A stretch of 62,106 nucleotides of DNA, counting the filler, from Sphacelaria rigidula (lineage: Eukaryota): the NCBI GenBank assembly GCA_964200075.2. It is 11 parts of 11 records of this genome, joined end to end, with 100 filler letters (N's around TTAATTAATTAA, not from the genome) between each part and the next. Parts side by side here need not be neighbours in the genome. Positions count along the whole stretch, not along the records: positions 22,622 to 28,176 come from CAXNAA020026365.1; positions 28,277 to 33,831 come from CAXNAA020026366.1; positions 33,932 to 39,486 come from CAXNAA020026367.1; 8 more parts are not named here. One strand, 5' to 3'. Below, piece after piece: positions 25,590-37,260 of this stretch; position 1 is the stretch's first letter; the number at the start of each line of letters is the position of its first letter. Under the pieces are notes generated by a model. That model did not search any database and was not told the origin of the DNA. It worked only from the letters and a program-made list of their open reading frames with translations. The translations under genes were made by a program, and so were the position numbers.

Positions 25590-26470
25590 CAGAAGTATGC
25601 AGGATTCTTCATTTCTTAGTTTCCAAGAGATTTTCCAATTTTATTTCGCTTGCCACCGCTCATCACAGTGACTGTTGGATGCCAAAAAATGGGAATCTGG
25701 AGATATTTTGATCCTCTTGACAGATATTGAAAGAAAAAATATCTGCGATCAACATTGAGTGACGTACGGGCTTGATCGATCTTCGGGGGTCCTGCGAAAG
25801 TGCAACCCCACGTTCTAGCTTTTCGGTATTCTCGGTGGACCGACTCGATCCCGATCATACAAGTGAAGGCTCAAAAAGGATTGTTTTTTTTTAATTCCAC
25901 CTCTTCACTGCGCTAAATCCGAAAAACTATGTTTCTTAGACCATTGACGGTCAATAACACCCTTTTGATAAACGGGGTATTTACTCCGTATCGCCTCCAC
26001 AACACCAACTTGGGCATTGTGATTTGAGCACGGTCTGCTTATTTTGTCAAAGCTATCGACGCTAGCACTTTCGAGTGCTCATCGAAAATATTATGCGAAA
26101 AAAAACGAAAAGAGGCCATTGGCAGAAAATGCTAGACTGAGGTCTGTGCAGTACAGGAGGGTAACACGATCTCGATCATTATTGTGAAGAATCTCATACG
26201 TATTCATTTATCTACATATTTACCGCTTCGTTGTGGAAGATCCGGGAAATTGCCTTTATTGGACCAAAAACGGTCAATAACACCCTCCTGATAAACGGGT
26301 ATTTACTCCCTATCGCCTGAAAAAAAAAAATTGGGCACTGCAGTTTGAGCGCGGCCTACGCTTTCCCCCAACATCTACCGGCGCTAGCACTTTCAAGTAG
26401 TAATGAAGAAAAGTACTCGAGAAAAAACCAAAAACTACGACAACTACGAATTCTGACAACTTCTGATGCT
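25590..26470. repeat. Dispersed non-coding repeat (probable non-autonomous DNA element), collinear with 35390-36275
   Basis: ~880-bp high-identity match between two contigs, with an internal duplicated block (aataacaccc...gataaacgg...ttgggca). Confidence 0.85.
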
Positions 26471-28176
26471 GAGTACTATATGCCTAGTGAGACGACAGAG
26501 GTTTGCCCTCAGAGAACGTCCACCATTGCTGCCGCTGAAGGCATGCTGACTTACACATGGCACTCGTGTGCAAATTTCAGGGTCGACCTAGGAAGAACGG
26601 GGTGAAGAATTTCCCTTATGCGCGTTGCAGCTTCAGTGTACAAATATACGCGGAATGCCGCTCATTACTTGACTTTAGTACGAGCTGGATCAGCCGAGAG
26701 GCGAATTTGTAGTTTACAGGCTTATTCACCGGCCAAAGTTAACAGATGGACCCTGAAATATGGTATGGACAATGAAGAGGGCATAATAAAAACAGCTACC
26801 GGTGCATTCGTATCACGTATCAGTAAAATGCCCTGAACTCATGAAAAAAAACTCGTGTGCATTGGTAATTGTTTTTATCATGCCCTATTTATTGTCGATA
26901 TCAAAATTGAGGGTCCAACTTTAAATCTTGGCCGGTGAATAGGACGTTTAGTGACGGGGTCAGAAGAAATGCAGTATTCCGCAGGCCACTTTATCGGCCC
27001 ACGTTTGGTATTTGTTTACCCGAGTTTCATATCACAATTCTAAAAATTGAATAAAAAATTGAGATAAGGCCCAAGAGAAGTGTTCATTTCTCCTCAAAAC
27101 TGCCCTAAAAAACGGGGAAGAAACGAAAAAAATGTAAAAGTTGTTGCTTCTAGCTTTATTATGCACTATCGGTTCTTCATACGAATTTCATAGAAGAACT
27201 CTCAAAAACTGAGACGCGATACCCAGATTTAGTTCATCTAGTGCCTCTGTAATATATTGATTTCAACATAAATATATACTTATATTTCCATCGTTTCATC
27301 GTATTTTTTTTATTTGCTTCGTACTTTCCTCTTCTTTTCCTTTTTCTTGTTTTAGGTCGGCCATTTCTTTCTGTGCTTTGCTTGTGTTGACTTTTTATTA
27401 CTTTTTTTCCTGTTCCTTTTTTGTTTTCCCCCTTTCCCTTAGAGCGTGTTTCAGTTTCGTTTTCCTTGGGTACGTCTACCATGAGACCACGGCTGAACCC
27501 CTGGGGGGTCAGTTAAACTGCGACAATCAATCAATCAATCAATCACTCCATCCATCCATCCATCCATCAATATGGAAACTTATGTGCGCCATATCTCGAA
27601 ATAGATCACGAATTAGGTGAAGGTGAGGGTATCTATCGTCTCCCCGTGCTCCAGGGAGTGTCCACACTAAAAATTGTCTCCACCCGCTAAATGTACCGAT
27701 CAGAGGGTTCACATAGATTTTAGTGTGCACGCTATCTCCGTCAGGTATATGAATTACTAGCCATGGGGTTTGATCAACGAGGAAATATCGACCCAGACAT
27801 TTGAGCAGATGGGCATCTTACCCTTGATTAGACGATTAATACGATGTGAGGATCATGGCCCAACTCGTCTATGTCGATGTGATATTGCTTTGAGAGCTTA
27901 AATCCGGTGCTAGGCTGGCCCAGCTCGAGCTGACCCAACCTAGAGGCGGATTTGAAGTTTACATGCGTTTGCTCACCCCAATATTCAGAGTTGGAGCGTG
28001 AAAAATGGTATGGGCAATGCATGGGGCATGAAAAAATAAATTACCTCGGTACCCGACAGTGCCCAGAAAATAAAATCCGAGACCCTATGTAGCCCCCCCC
28101 CCTCCCCCCCACGTAATGAGCTTTTGAAGAAACGTAATGAGCGCCAGAATGTTGGAGGTGTCTCTATTAGGAGTAG

Positions 28177-28276
28177 NNNNNNNNNNNNNNNNNNNNNNNN
28201 NNNNNNNNNNNNNNNNNNNNTTAATTAATTAANNNNNNNNNNNNNNNNNNNNNNNNNNNNNNNNNNNNNNNNNNNN
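28177..28276. other. Artificial contig-joining spacer
   Basis: Same 100-nt linker. Confidence 0.98.
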
Positions 28277-28343
28277 GTGCAAGAGAGATATGCCACTTCA
28301 GTCCCATATTTTGTATGAACCCCAAAATATAAAATCGGCTGTT

Positions 28344-31300
28344 TAATGCTGTTGAGGGACTCTCCAGTTCCACTGGCCTCAGGTTTCAGTCGTTAGCCTT
28401 CACAACACCTTTTATTATCCTGGAGTGCCACCCAGGCGACTCTGTAAACCACATCAGGATATCAACCCCATGTCCATGTCATCATCCATGTCATCACTAC
28501 AGATCTCAAGTCATCATCAAACAATCGTCACTATATACTCAACGTGACGGCGTGATTTCGTCACAGCGCCCCCAAAGCGCTGTGACGCCAGCAGGTTGCT
28601 AGTACTGCAGCGTCTAATGCTGTTGAGGGACTCCCCAGTTCCACTGGCCTCAGGTTTCAGTCGTTAGCCTTCACAACACCTTTTATTATCCTGGAGTGCC
28701 ACCCTGGCGGCTCTGTAAACCACATCAGGGTATCACCCCTGTGTCCATGTCATCATCCATGTCATCACTACAGATCTCAAGTCATCATCCAATCATCACT
28801 ATATACTCAACCGTGACTACGTGATTTCGTCACAGCACCCCCAAAGCGCGTTGGACGAGATCGAGCAACAAGCTTGACACTCAGAAAACTAACGCCAAAA
28901 CGATTGAGCAAGTCACACCTGAATCCCAAAATCACGCATAATGCGAGCAGCAATGAAACGAGCCACTTGTACCTTACGTAACTTCTTTTGAGACATTCCG
29001 GAGCTGCCTCAAGAACATTTTTAAAAAGCTCCCACGTTCGCTCCTCGACTTCAAAACCTACCCAGTCGACCAATACGATCAACGAACGATGCTCTGACTC
29101 TGCCACGCGAACAATCCCAATCATCTGAAATGGCCCCTGATTGAAGGCGTGCTGAAACGCATCCTTCACGTCTGCCGTTACAATAACCTGTGAGTCTGCA
29201 TAAAAACGCAGACGAGCTACACGGGTGGTCTGAACACGACCCGAAACAACGTTTTGGATCTCAAAGACATGCGGGCGATGAGCACCAACCACTCTCCACG
29301 GACCAGTCCGCGTCGCCATCAATTTAGGCGTAACTCCCGGGCGACGCACGCGTGCATACAGAACATAATCGCCTACCTCGAAATTCGGCAATTCCAGCCC
29401 CGACGAAGACCCTTCACGTCTACGCGCACGCTCAGCTGCCACACGCTCCTGCGCTTGAACGTGGAGGAAATGTCCCTGCAACTCCGAAACTCCTCGCAAC
29501 GCACGCTTCAGTTGCGCATCGTCTAAGATATCACAGTTCCACCCCTCCCGCCGATAAGGAAGCCAACACCGAGAAAGACGTCCGAGGTGCAAGACCAAAC
29601 ATCACGTGATACGGCGTACTGCCGTACAGACGGCGACATGCTGTATTGGGCGCCCATTGCACAGCGGGCAACACGTCCACCCACTCGGTCACCGCTCAAC
29701 GCTGCTCGAGAAGAGTAGAGCGAAGAGCACGAACTACTTCCTTTACCATGCGTTCGCACGTACCGTGAGACCATGGAGAATACGCTGCCGCAAACCGGTG
29801 ACCAACGCGCAAAGCCTCTCGTAATCGGGCCAAGATCGAATCCTTAAAATGCGTGGCGGTATCACTCACCCACACACGCGGCACCCCCAAAGTTTTGCAC
29901 CAGTTCAGCTAAGACGTAGCAATCGATTAGCAGTACACACGGCTACTGGCTCCAGACTCACAAAGTTGCTCACATCATCCATGATGACCAAAATGTATCG
30001 GAACTCAGCATCCTCCGACACACCTTGGGAAGCTAGCGGGTCACTCTCACCCACGTACAAGGAGTCAAAATGAACGACTTCATTCGGCGTGGTCCCATGG
30101 ACCGCTTCACCGAGTGGGCGGGGAACAACATCGCCCGCCCTCGAGTCAGCACAGTGAAGACACTGGCGGACAAATTCGCGCACATGAGTTTTTATCCCCT
30201 GCCAGACACAAAACGCTTGCACGCGCACGAGCGTCGCAGCCACACCACGATGCCCGGCGTCGCGCATGTGCGCACAAATCACTAGACGTACCTGCAACTG
30301 CTTGCCATACCTCGGAATCCACAAAACGTTTCGGCCACGCACATGCACACGAAACAGATCTTCATTGTCCAAGATAGCAGTGCCAACGTTCGACTCGAAA
30401 GATTGCACATCCGCATTTTCGGCCCCAAGGTCTTTTTGTTGCGCTTGGCGGACAACAGATTTGGACGGCATCGAGTCATCAGGTTCACACGGACCATACA
30501 CAGCCACAACGCGCGCAGGCAAAGTATGAATATTCACCCAGCGCGATAGCAAGTCATCCCACGCGTTACGTTCACCCGAAATATGGCAAATCGAGTAACG
30601 ATACTGGCCAAGAAGAGCTTTCCACCCTTCGAATCGCTGTGCCAGTGCTTTTGACACAGACGTCACGCGTGCCTCTGGGTTGAAAATTTAGGCTAGATTC
30701 CGGTGATCCGTGAAAATGTGCACGCCATTCCACAATAATAGATGCTCGAGACGACGAGAAGTGCTCACGATAGCAAAACCTCCCTTGTCAGTTATTGCCC
30801 AACGCATCTGTGAACCCTTGATATGATCACTCAGAAAAGCCAGCGGTTCATGCGTCATGTCTTCAACCGGCAACCGTTGTTGCATTTTTGCATCAGGCAC
30901 CTGCGTTACCCAACTACCCCAATGGCACTCAAATGCATCCGGACACATCAGCACCTGGCAACCGGGGCGGGAATGGAGCAGCGTCACGGCATGAGCTACC
31001 AGATCCTTCGCTGCCGCCCATGCCTGCAGCCTGTCCTCCGTCCACGATGCGGGCGGAATAATGCGGTTTTTGGCCACCCGTTTCGTGCGCCTTGCAGCCC
31101 CCACCATAAGGTTTTCTAGGAAAAAGCGCATGGGCGTCACGAAACATCGCGCACTCAACAGGTCTATCATGTCGGATTCCTGATTGGGCATGACACCCGG
31201 TGACTTCTCCACCTGATCATTGACGGCTCCGTAATCGCTGACAAGACGGAAAGGGTTCTTCTTCGGCACCGCCATCGCTGGACTGGACCACATCGCCTGT

Positions 31301-32450
31301 AGATTCCTGAATACCAACCCAAACGCCACAAAAGCTCCCATGCAAGAAGCTCACCATCTGGACTTTACCGGATCATACCTTCTCGGTTTTGCCTTCACCG
31401 CGGCCGCTCCTGGCTTCAGTGTAACCCTCATGGGTTCCACGCGCGCAGGGGGACCACCCATTAGTGCACAACGAAACGCGTTAACGTGGCGACACGTTAT
31501 GCCACGCAAGCGCTCCGCTTTTGAGACGTTGAGGCCATTTGCCACAGCAACCGTCACGCTTTCCTCCAGCGCAGCCATTCGCGCGGACTCCTCTTCTGCC
31601 GGTTCCATGAACATATCGCGGCCCTGCTCCACCGAGCATTCCACTGCCTCACCCCGCTCCTCGGATACCTGCCCCCTCGCGTCCTGGAGAGCATCAACCG
31701 ACAAGCTCACTCTGCGACTGGCCAAAAAAGCAAGCGTCTCGACACTCGGACTGGGCGACGACATTTGCGTTTTTAGGAACTCCAACAACCGATCATACGG
31801 ATCGACTCCGAGTCCCCGAAGCGTTCGTAAGCCCAACAGAACGACACCATCCGTCCCCGGCATGATCGCAAACGATATCGGGGGTAATTTCGCTGACCCC
31901 CAGGTAGTCCTGAACGCCCACTGAAGGGGAATCGTACGCTCCGTCAGCCACCACGGTATCCATAACTAAGTACGGGTCTGACCTCCAATTGGTTTCGTAC
32001 TGTAACTGCACAAGCACGTCCTGTTTGAATTCCGCCGGTGCCAGACCCTCCACCATCGCTTTTGTGGTCACCGCAGCGGACGCCTGTGTTAGATCTACCT
32101 CAGCGCCCGCCGCATGTCCTGCATGCTTCTTGATCGCTGCAGCCAATTTCAGCGACGTTATTGTGTTCTTCTCATGGAATCTTCTCGCGAAAACGCGACG
32201 GAGGGGGGTAGGCACGAGTTGCGCCATGGAAACCACCTGATGCCTTACCGCACCCCCCGCATTCGCATGCTCCACTCGCTTCTTGTCCACGTATTTCGTA
32301 TAGAACGAACGAGAAGCACACTCAGAATACAAATTTCCGTAACTGGGAGGCCGCAACTCTTCTCTCAGAACAACTAGGGTTACGGTAGTCTTCGCTGGCT
32401 CTTCGGCCGGTACCTCTGTAGTCGACATTTCCGAGCGGACCTAATCGAAG
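28344..32450 (-). mobile_element. Degenerate Ty3/Gypsy chromodomain-integrase retrotransposon with a tandem 3' LTR
   Basis: gag-like 31793-32428; RT start FRLVSDYGAVN; RNase H DAFECHWG...FTDHRNL; integrase 29905-30666 and 29696-29890; KLMATRTGPW and chromodomain VLVDWVGFEVEERTWE; LTR 28581-28834 (tgtgacg...cgtcaca) plus partial copy 28344-28565. Confidence 0.92.
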
Positions 32451-32624
32451 GTCTCCTTGATTATTCATCTTCTTGCAACGCGTGACAGTTGATCACAACA
32501 AAAACTGTGCCAGGAAAAACTCTGAACACTGCACTCTGCTCACTTGTGCGGTGACGACCTTGATGTGACGTCCCCTCGCTGGTGCCGACTGGTGTAGTCG
32601 CGAATCGATGGCTCTAAACCTGTT

Positions 32625-32915
32625 GTAATAGCTCGTGTTGAGCGGCACTGTCAAGACAGGCCAACCACGTATTCAGCGAATAGTGGTCTATGCAGAGGAT
32701 GCACCAGTGATCGTCGGATCACTTGCTTCTGCAGCACAGATAAAATCAGTTGAAGGAGATGGTTGTTGGGCTCTTCATCCGGCCAAGACAAGGCAGAACG
32801 CACAGGTCCTTCAGTAAGCAGGAACTGGAGGTGATGGAAGAGAGCGAGAGCATGGGCGATCGAGGTGACCGAGTCCAAGCTCCTCAATTCCTGGAACAAA
32901 TCGCTATACGTACGT
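32625..32915. repeat. Dispersed repeat homologous to ~49978-50280
   Basis: Shared blocks aatagctcgtgtt, cacttgcttctgcagca, ggccaagacaag.cagaacgcacag, tggaacaaa. Confidence 0.75.
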
Positions 32916-33790
32916 AGCAAAAAAAGGCGTCCATGTCACTTGCGTGGCGTAGTGCCAGCTCACACACAACAGGATATACTGCAAGCTGTGCTACCTACCT
33001 ACTTCTACAGCATACAACTGTATAACAAGCCTTGGCAGCACACCGTCATTCTTGGAACCTTACGTGGCAACAAGATACTATCTACTGTAACTGCGAGAAA
33101 CTGTAAATACGCCGTTTGGTGTGAGCGGGGTGAACCGTAACCAATTACGCCGCTATTTGCCACAGAGTTTGAACTCATAGCTAGAACAAGCAGCTGGGGT
33201 ACAGGCTGCGTAGAATTCCAACAACCGCTACACACGCAGTGCATGCATGGGTGGGTGGGCGCTCAAGAATTCAGCATGGAGGCATCCGCCCCATGCGCTA
33301 CGGCAGCAACAGTTAGGTCACCGCCATAGGTGCTATTTTCACTCCTCATGACAAGAAGCCTCCATGAGTGATCTCTCGTACACCCCCCCAACTGGCATGT
33401 GGCACGCTCTTGTCGTCGCGCACGCACAGGATCACATGTCGGGTAAAATCAACGATGAATGACACCCCCCAAGTTGCAATTAGATCTGTTATTGCCGCAG
33501 CATCGTCTTTGCTGACATGTATGTGACAGAGAACAGTAGCGGTGACGGGAGCATCGCACTGTTTTTCAACGACGTGTTCTGCACCGCACAGCACACGTGG
33601 ACAGATAGCACCCTGTGGGGCAGGTCTATAGGGTTCAGGGAAACTGTGCAGTGTTTTTCGCGGGAATCTGGCTGTAGGGTTTTCTTTTGCGCGCTTCACA
33701 GGGTTCGTCACCGCGTAGAAGTCATCGCTGTTGATCTGTTGTGCAGCCTGTACAGCACGCATACAATATACTCCGTACAGCATGGGCATG

Positions 33791-33791
<1 letters not shown>

Positions 33792-33831
<40 letters not shown>
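33792..33831. repeat. (TTA)n microsatellite at a contig end
   Basis: Direct inspection. Confidence 0.95.
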
Positions 33832-33931
33832 NNNNNNNNNNNNNNNNNNNNNNNNNNNNNNNNNNNNNNNNNNNNTTAATTAATTAANNNNNNNNNNNNN
33901 NNNNNNNNNNNNNNNNNNNNNNNNNNNNNNN
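33832..33931. other. Artificial contig-joining spacer
   Basis: Same 100-nt linker. Confidence 0.98.
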
Positions 33932-35389
33932 CTTGCGCGGTCTGGCGGGGGGGAGGTGATGGGGGGGGGGGGTGGGGCGGGGGGTGGGGGGGGGGGGGGG
34001 GGGGGGGGGCGTACTCATTTGTTGCTTGCTTTCGTCGTGTGACCATTGACCACGCATCCCTTTCGAGACGGAGGCTGGGGGGGTGGGGGGTGTTCGCTTC
34101 CACGAAGAAGGGGGCTTACAGGTGTGTCAGATGATGTAATACACTCGCGGTGCACTTGTATTTAGGTAAAAACGGAGTCAATCAATATTAATGAGCGTTA
34201 TGTATCAGTAACAAGAGCGCTTGAACAACAATAACTGCTTTCAACGAAGGTTTGAAGTGAAGTTTTGTGGAAGAAGTGGCCCAAAATACCCTCCCCTCCC
34301 CCCTGTCGTAGCATGACTTTCGACAGGATGTTGGCTCTTTTCTTGTCGGGCTACGATCTTTGCCATCGGGTAGGTAATCACGTCTTCACACGAACCGGAC
34401 GTACCGTGAGTTTACCCGTCTCATTCTCTCAATGTAACATGCATTTTGATTCAAATCCAGCGCCATACCCTCAAAGGTGCTCCTCAGCTAAGCCCTGTCT
34501 GAATGCGAATCAATCAAGGCATCGCCACGACGACTGAGGCGCTCAGTCGGCGCTGACTCAATGGCTCAGTGGTCATCGTGAATTCTGGACAACATGGACA
34601 TCGCGACAAAATTAGGCCGCGCTTAGTTTGTATTCAAGAGCAACGAGAGATTTCCCAACGCCGATTGGAATTCCTTGATTACATTGAAGAAATCGGAACG
34701 AAACATAAACCCCGTCAACGAAGTCAACCGAAGCGGACAGAGCAAAAAGATCAAGGTAACGCGTTGAAACATAGGCACAGTAAAAATATAAACGAGAACG
34801 ACGAATGAACAGTTCGATTTCAGAACCATTGGGTTCAATACAAAGTAAAAAGGTTATGAGTGCAGAGCCGCGACCTGGGGTGGATTCGCCCAGGTGTGTG
34901 TGTGTTCTCCATTCAAGCGACGTGCAAAACCATGGCGGTATAGAAGCAAAATATGAACACTGCATTCGGGGAAAATGTAGATCTCGGGTATTCACGTTAT
35001 CAATATCCATCTGTTCCATTCATCGCTGATATTCGTCCGGAATTCAGATCCCTCCGGGATGTATACTTGGGATGCGGACGTCCGAAACAGATTTCCCAGA
35101 TGAATCTCCCGGTTGGACATACAGATGCATGTCCATAATATATGGATATGAAATCCTAGATGAATATGATAACCAAAGGAAAGAGAGTTGGCATGACAAC
35201 GCGAGAGTCCCACCAAAAAAAGCACGGCGGATTCAGCACAAACATCGGTACGTTTTGCAGTATTCGCCTCCTTAGAGGACCATTATTCATGTCCTTTCCC
35301 ATGCTACAGTCCATGCATCGTGTAAGATATACAACATATCCACTGAGCTATCAGTCAGCGCTGACTGATACAGTAGTCAGTGTCAGGAG

Positions 35390-36275
35390 TATGCAGAATT
35401 AGTAGTTTCTTAGTTCCTCAAAGATTTTCGAATTTTATTTCGCTTGCCACCGCTCATCACAGTGACTGTTGGACGCCAAAAAAATGGGCATCAGAAGATG
35501 TTTTATTCCTCTTGAAAAATGAAGAAAAAAAATCTGCGATCAATATTGCGTGACTTACGGTCTTTACCTGATCTTCGGGGGTCCTGCAAAATTGCAACCC
35601 CAGGTTCTAGCTTTTTGATATTTTCAGTGGACCGACTCGATCCCGATCATATAAGTGAAGACTCAAAAATGATTGTGTTTTCTAAACTTCACCTATTCAC
35701 TGCGCTAGAGCCGAAAAACCGTGTTTCTTGGACCATTTACGTTCAATAACACCCTCCTGATGAACGGAGTCTTTACTCCCCATCACCCCCACAACAACAA
35801 CTTGGGCATTGTGATTTGAGCACGGTCTGTTTATTTTGCCAAAACTGTCGACGCTAACACTTTCGAGCGCTCATGAAAAATGCTATGCGACACCCCCCGA
35901 AAAGAGGTCATCCGCAGAAAATGCCAGACTGAGGTCCGTGCAGAATAGGAGGGAAACGCGATCTCGATCGTTATCGTGAAGAACTTTATACGTATTCATT
36001 TATCTCTATATTTACCGTTTTGTTGCGGAAGAGCCGGAAAACTGCTTTTATTCGACCGAAAACGGTCAATAACACCCTCCTGATAAACGAGGTATCTGGT
36101 CCGTATCGCCCCAAAAAACACCAACTTGGGCACTGCAGTTTGAGCGTGGTCTACGCTTCCCCCCTGAATCTACCGGCGCTAGCACTTTCAAGTAGTAATG
36201 AAGAATAGTACTCGAGAAAAATTAAAAAAAAACACACACACACACACAACAACTGCGAATTCTGAAAACTGATGC
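35390..36275. repeat. Second copy of the 25590-26470 repeat
   Basis: Collinear identity. Confidence 0.85.
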
Positions 36276-36289
36276 TGACTACTAAAGCT

Positions 36290-37260
36290 CTGTGGATACA
36301 CGGGTGGCCACTGGGGTGCCTGTAACCTCAAATTTGGACGTTGCAGACGTTGCACAAGGTCTACAACGTCCAAATTTGAGGTTACAGGCACCCCAGTGGC
36401 CACTCATGTACGGTGCGTATCTACCAAAAGTACAACGGGGGTCCGACAGCTGGTTGGACTGTTGGGGACCGGTTTCTACCCGAGGGTTGTAGTCCCTCTA
36501 ATGTTAGATATACAACATATCCACTGAGCTAAACAATCAGCGCTGACTGATAGCTCAGTGGATATTATGTTGTATATCTAACAAAAGTGCAAGCGGGGTC
36601 CGACAGCTGCTTACACTGTTGGCCTCCGGTTTCTACCCGGGGGTTGTAATCCCTCTAATCAGCGCTGCACCAATCGATTCGCCGGCTTACAGGCGGGAAC
36701 ATGTGTCTTCGTCCTGGTGACGTGTACCATGCTTTCAGACGTGTATCCCAGACGTTGCACAAGGTCTGTAACGTCCAAATTTGGGGTTACAGGCACCACA
36801 GTCGCCACCCGTGTTTGTTGTGTATCTAACAAAAGTACAACGGGGGTCTGACAGCTGGTTGGACTGTTGGGGACCGGTTTCTACCCGAGGGTTGTAATCC
36901 CTATAATAATGTTAGATATACCACATATCCATCGAGCTCAACAGTTAGCGCTAACTGTTGAGCTCAATGGGTATGTTGTACATCTCGCAACAGTGCAACC
37001 GGGGTTCGGTTCTTCCAAGGACCATCTTGAGCCCTTTTTCTGAAGAAGGGAAAAATCTGAGAAAAAGTCTGGGATACACAACTGCAAGCATGGTATACAA
37101 CACCAGTCGTCAGGAAAAAGACACAAATTCCCGCCTGTAAACCGGCGACAGTCTAACCAGCTGTCGCACCCCGCTTACACTTTTGTTAGACATACAATGT
37201 ATCCACTGAGCTAAACAGTGAGCGCTGACTGATAGCTCAGTGGATACGTTGCGTGTCTAA
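36290..37260. repeat. Cluster of palindromes and short direct repeats
   Basis: Perfect 40-bp inverted repeat 36304-36343 / 36364-36403; AGCGCT-centred palindromes at ~36502-36583, ~36910-36990 and ~37185-37260; three copies of aaaagt.caa..ggggtc.gacagctg...ccggtttctaccc. Confidence 0.85.

Noticed and set aside
33346..33789. 147-aa minus-strand ORF as a gene
   Set aside because: No recognisable motif or partner exons, and next to a contig end
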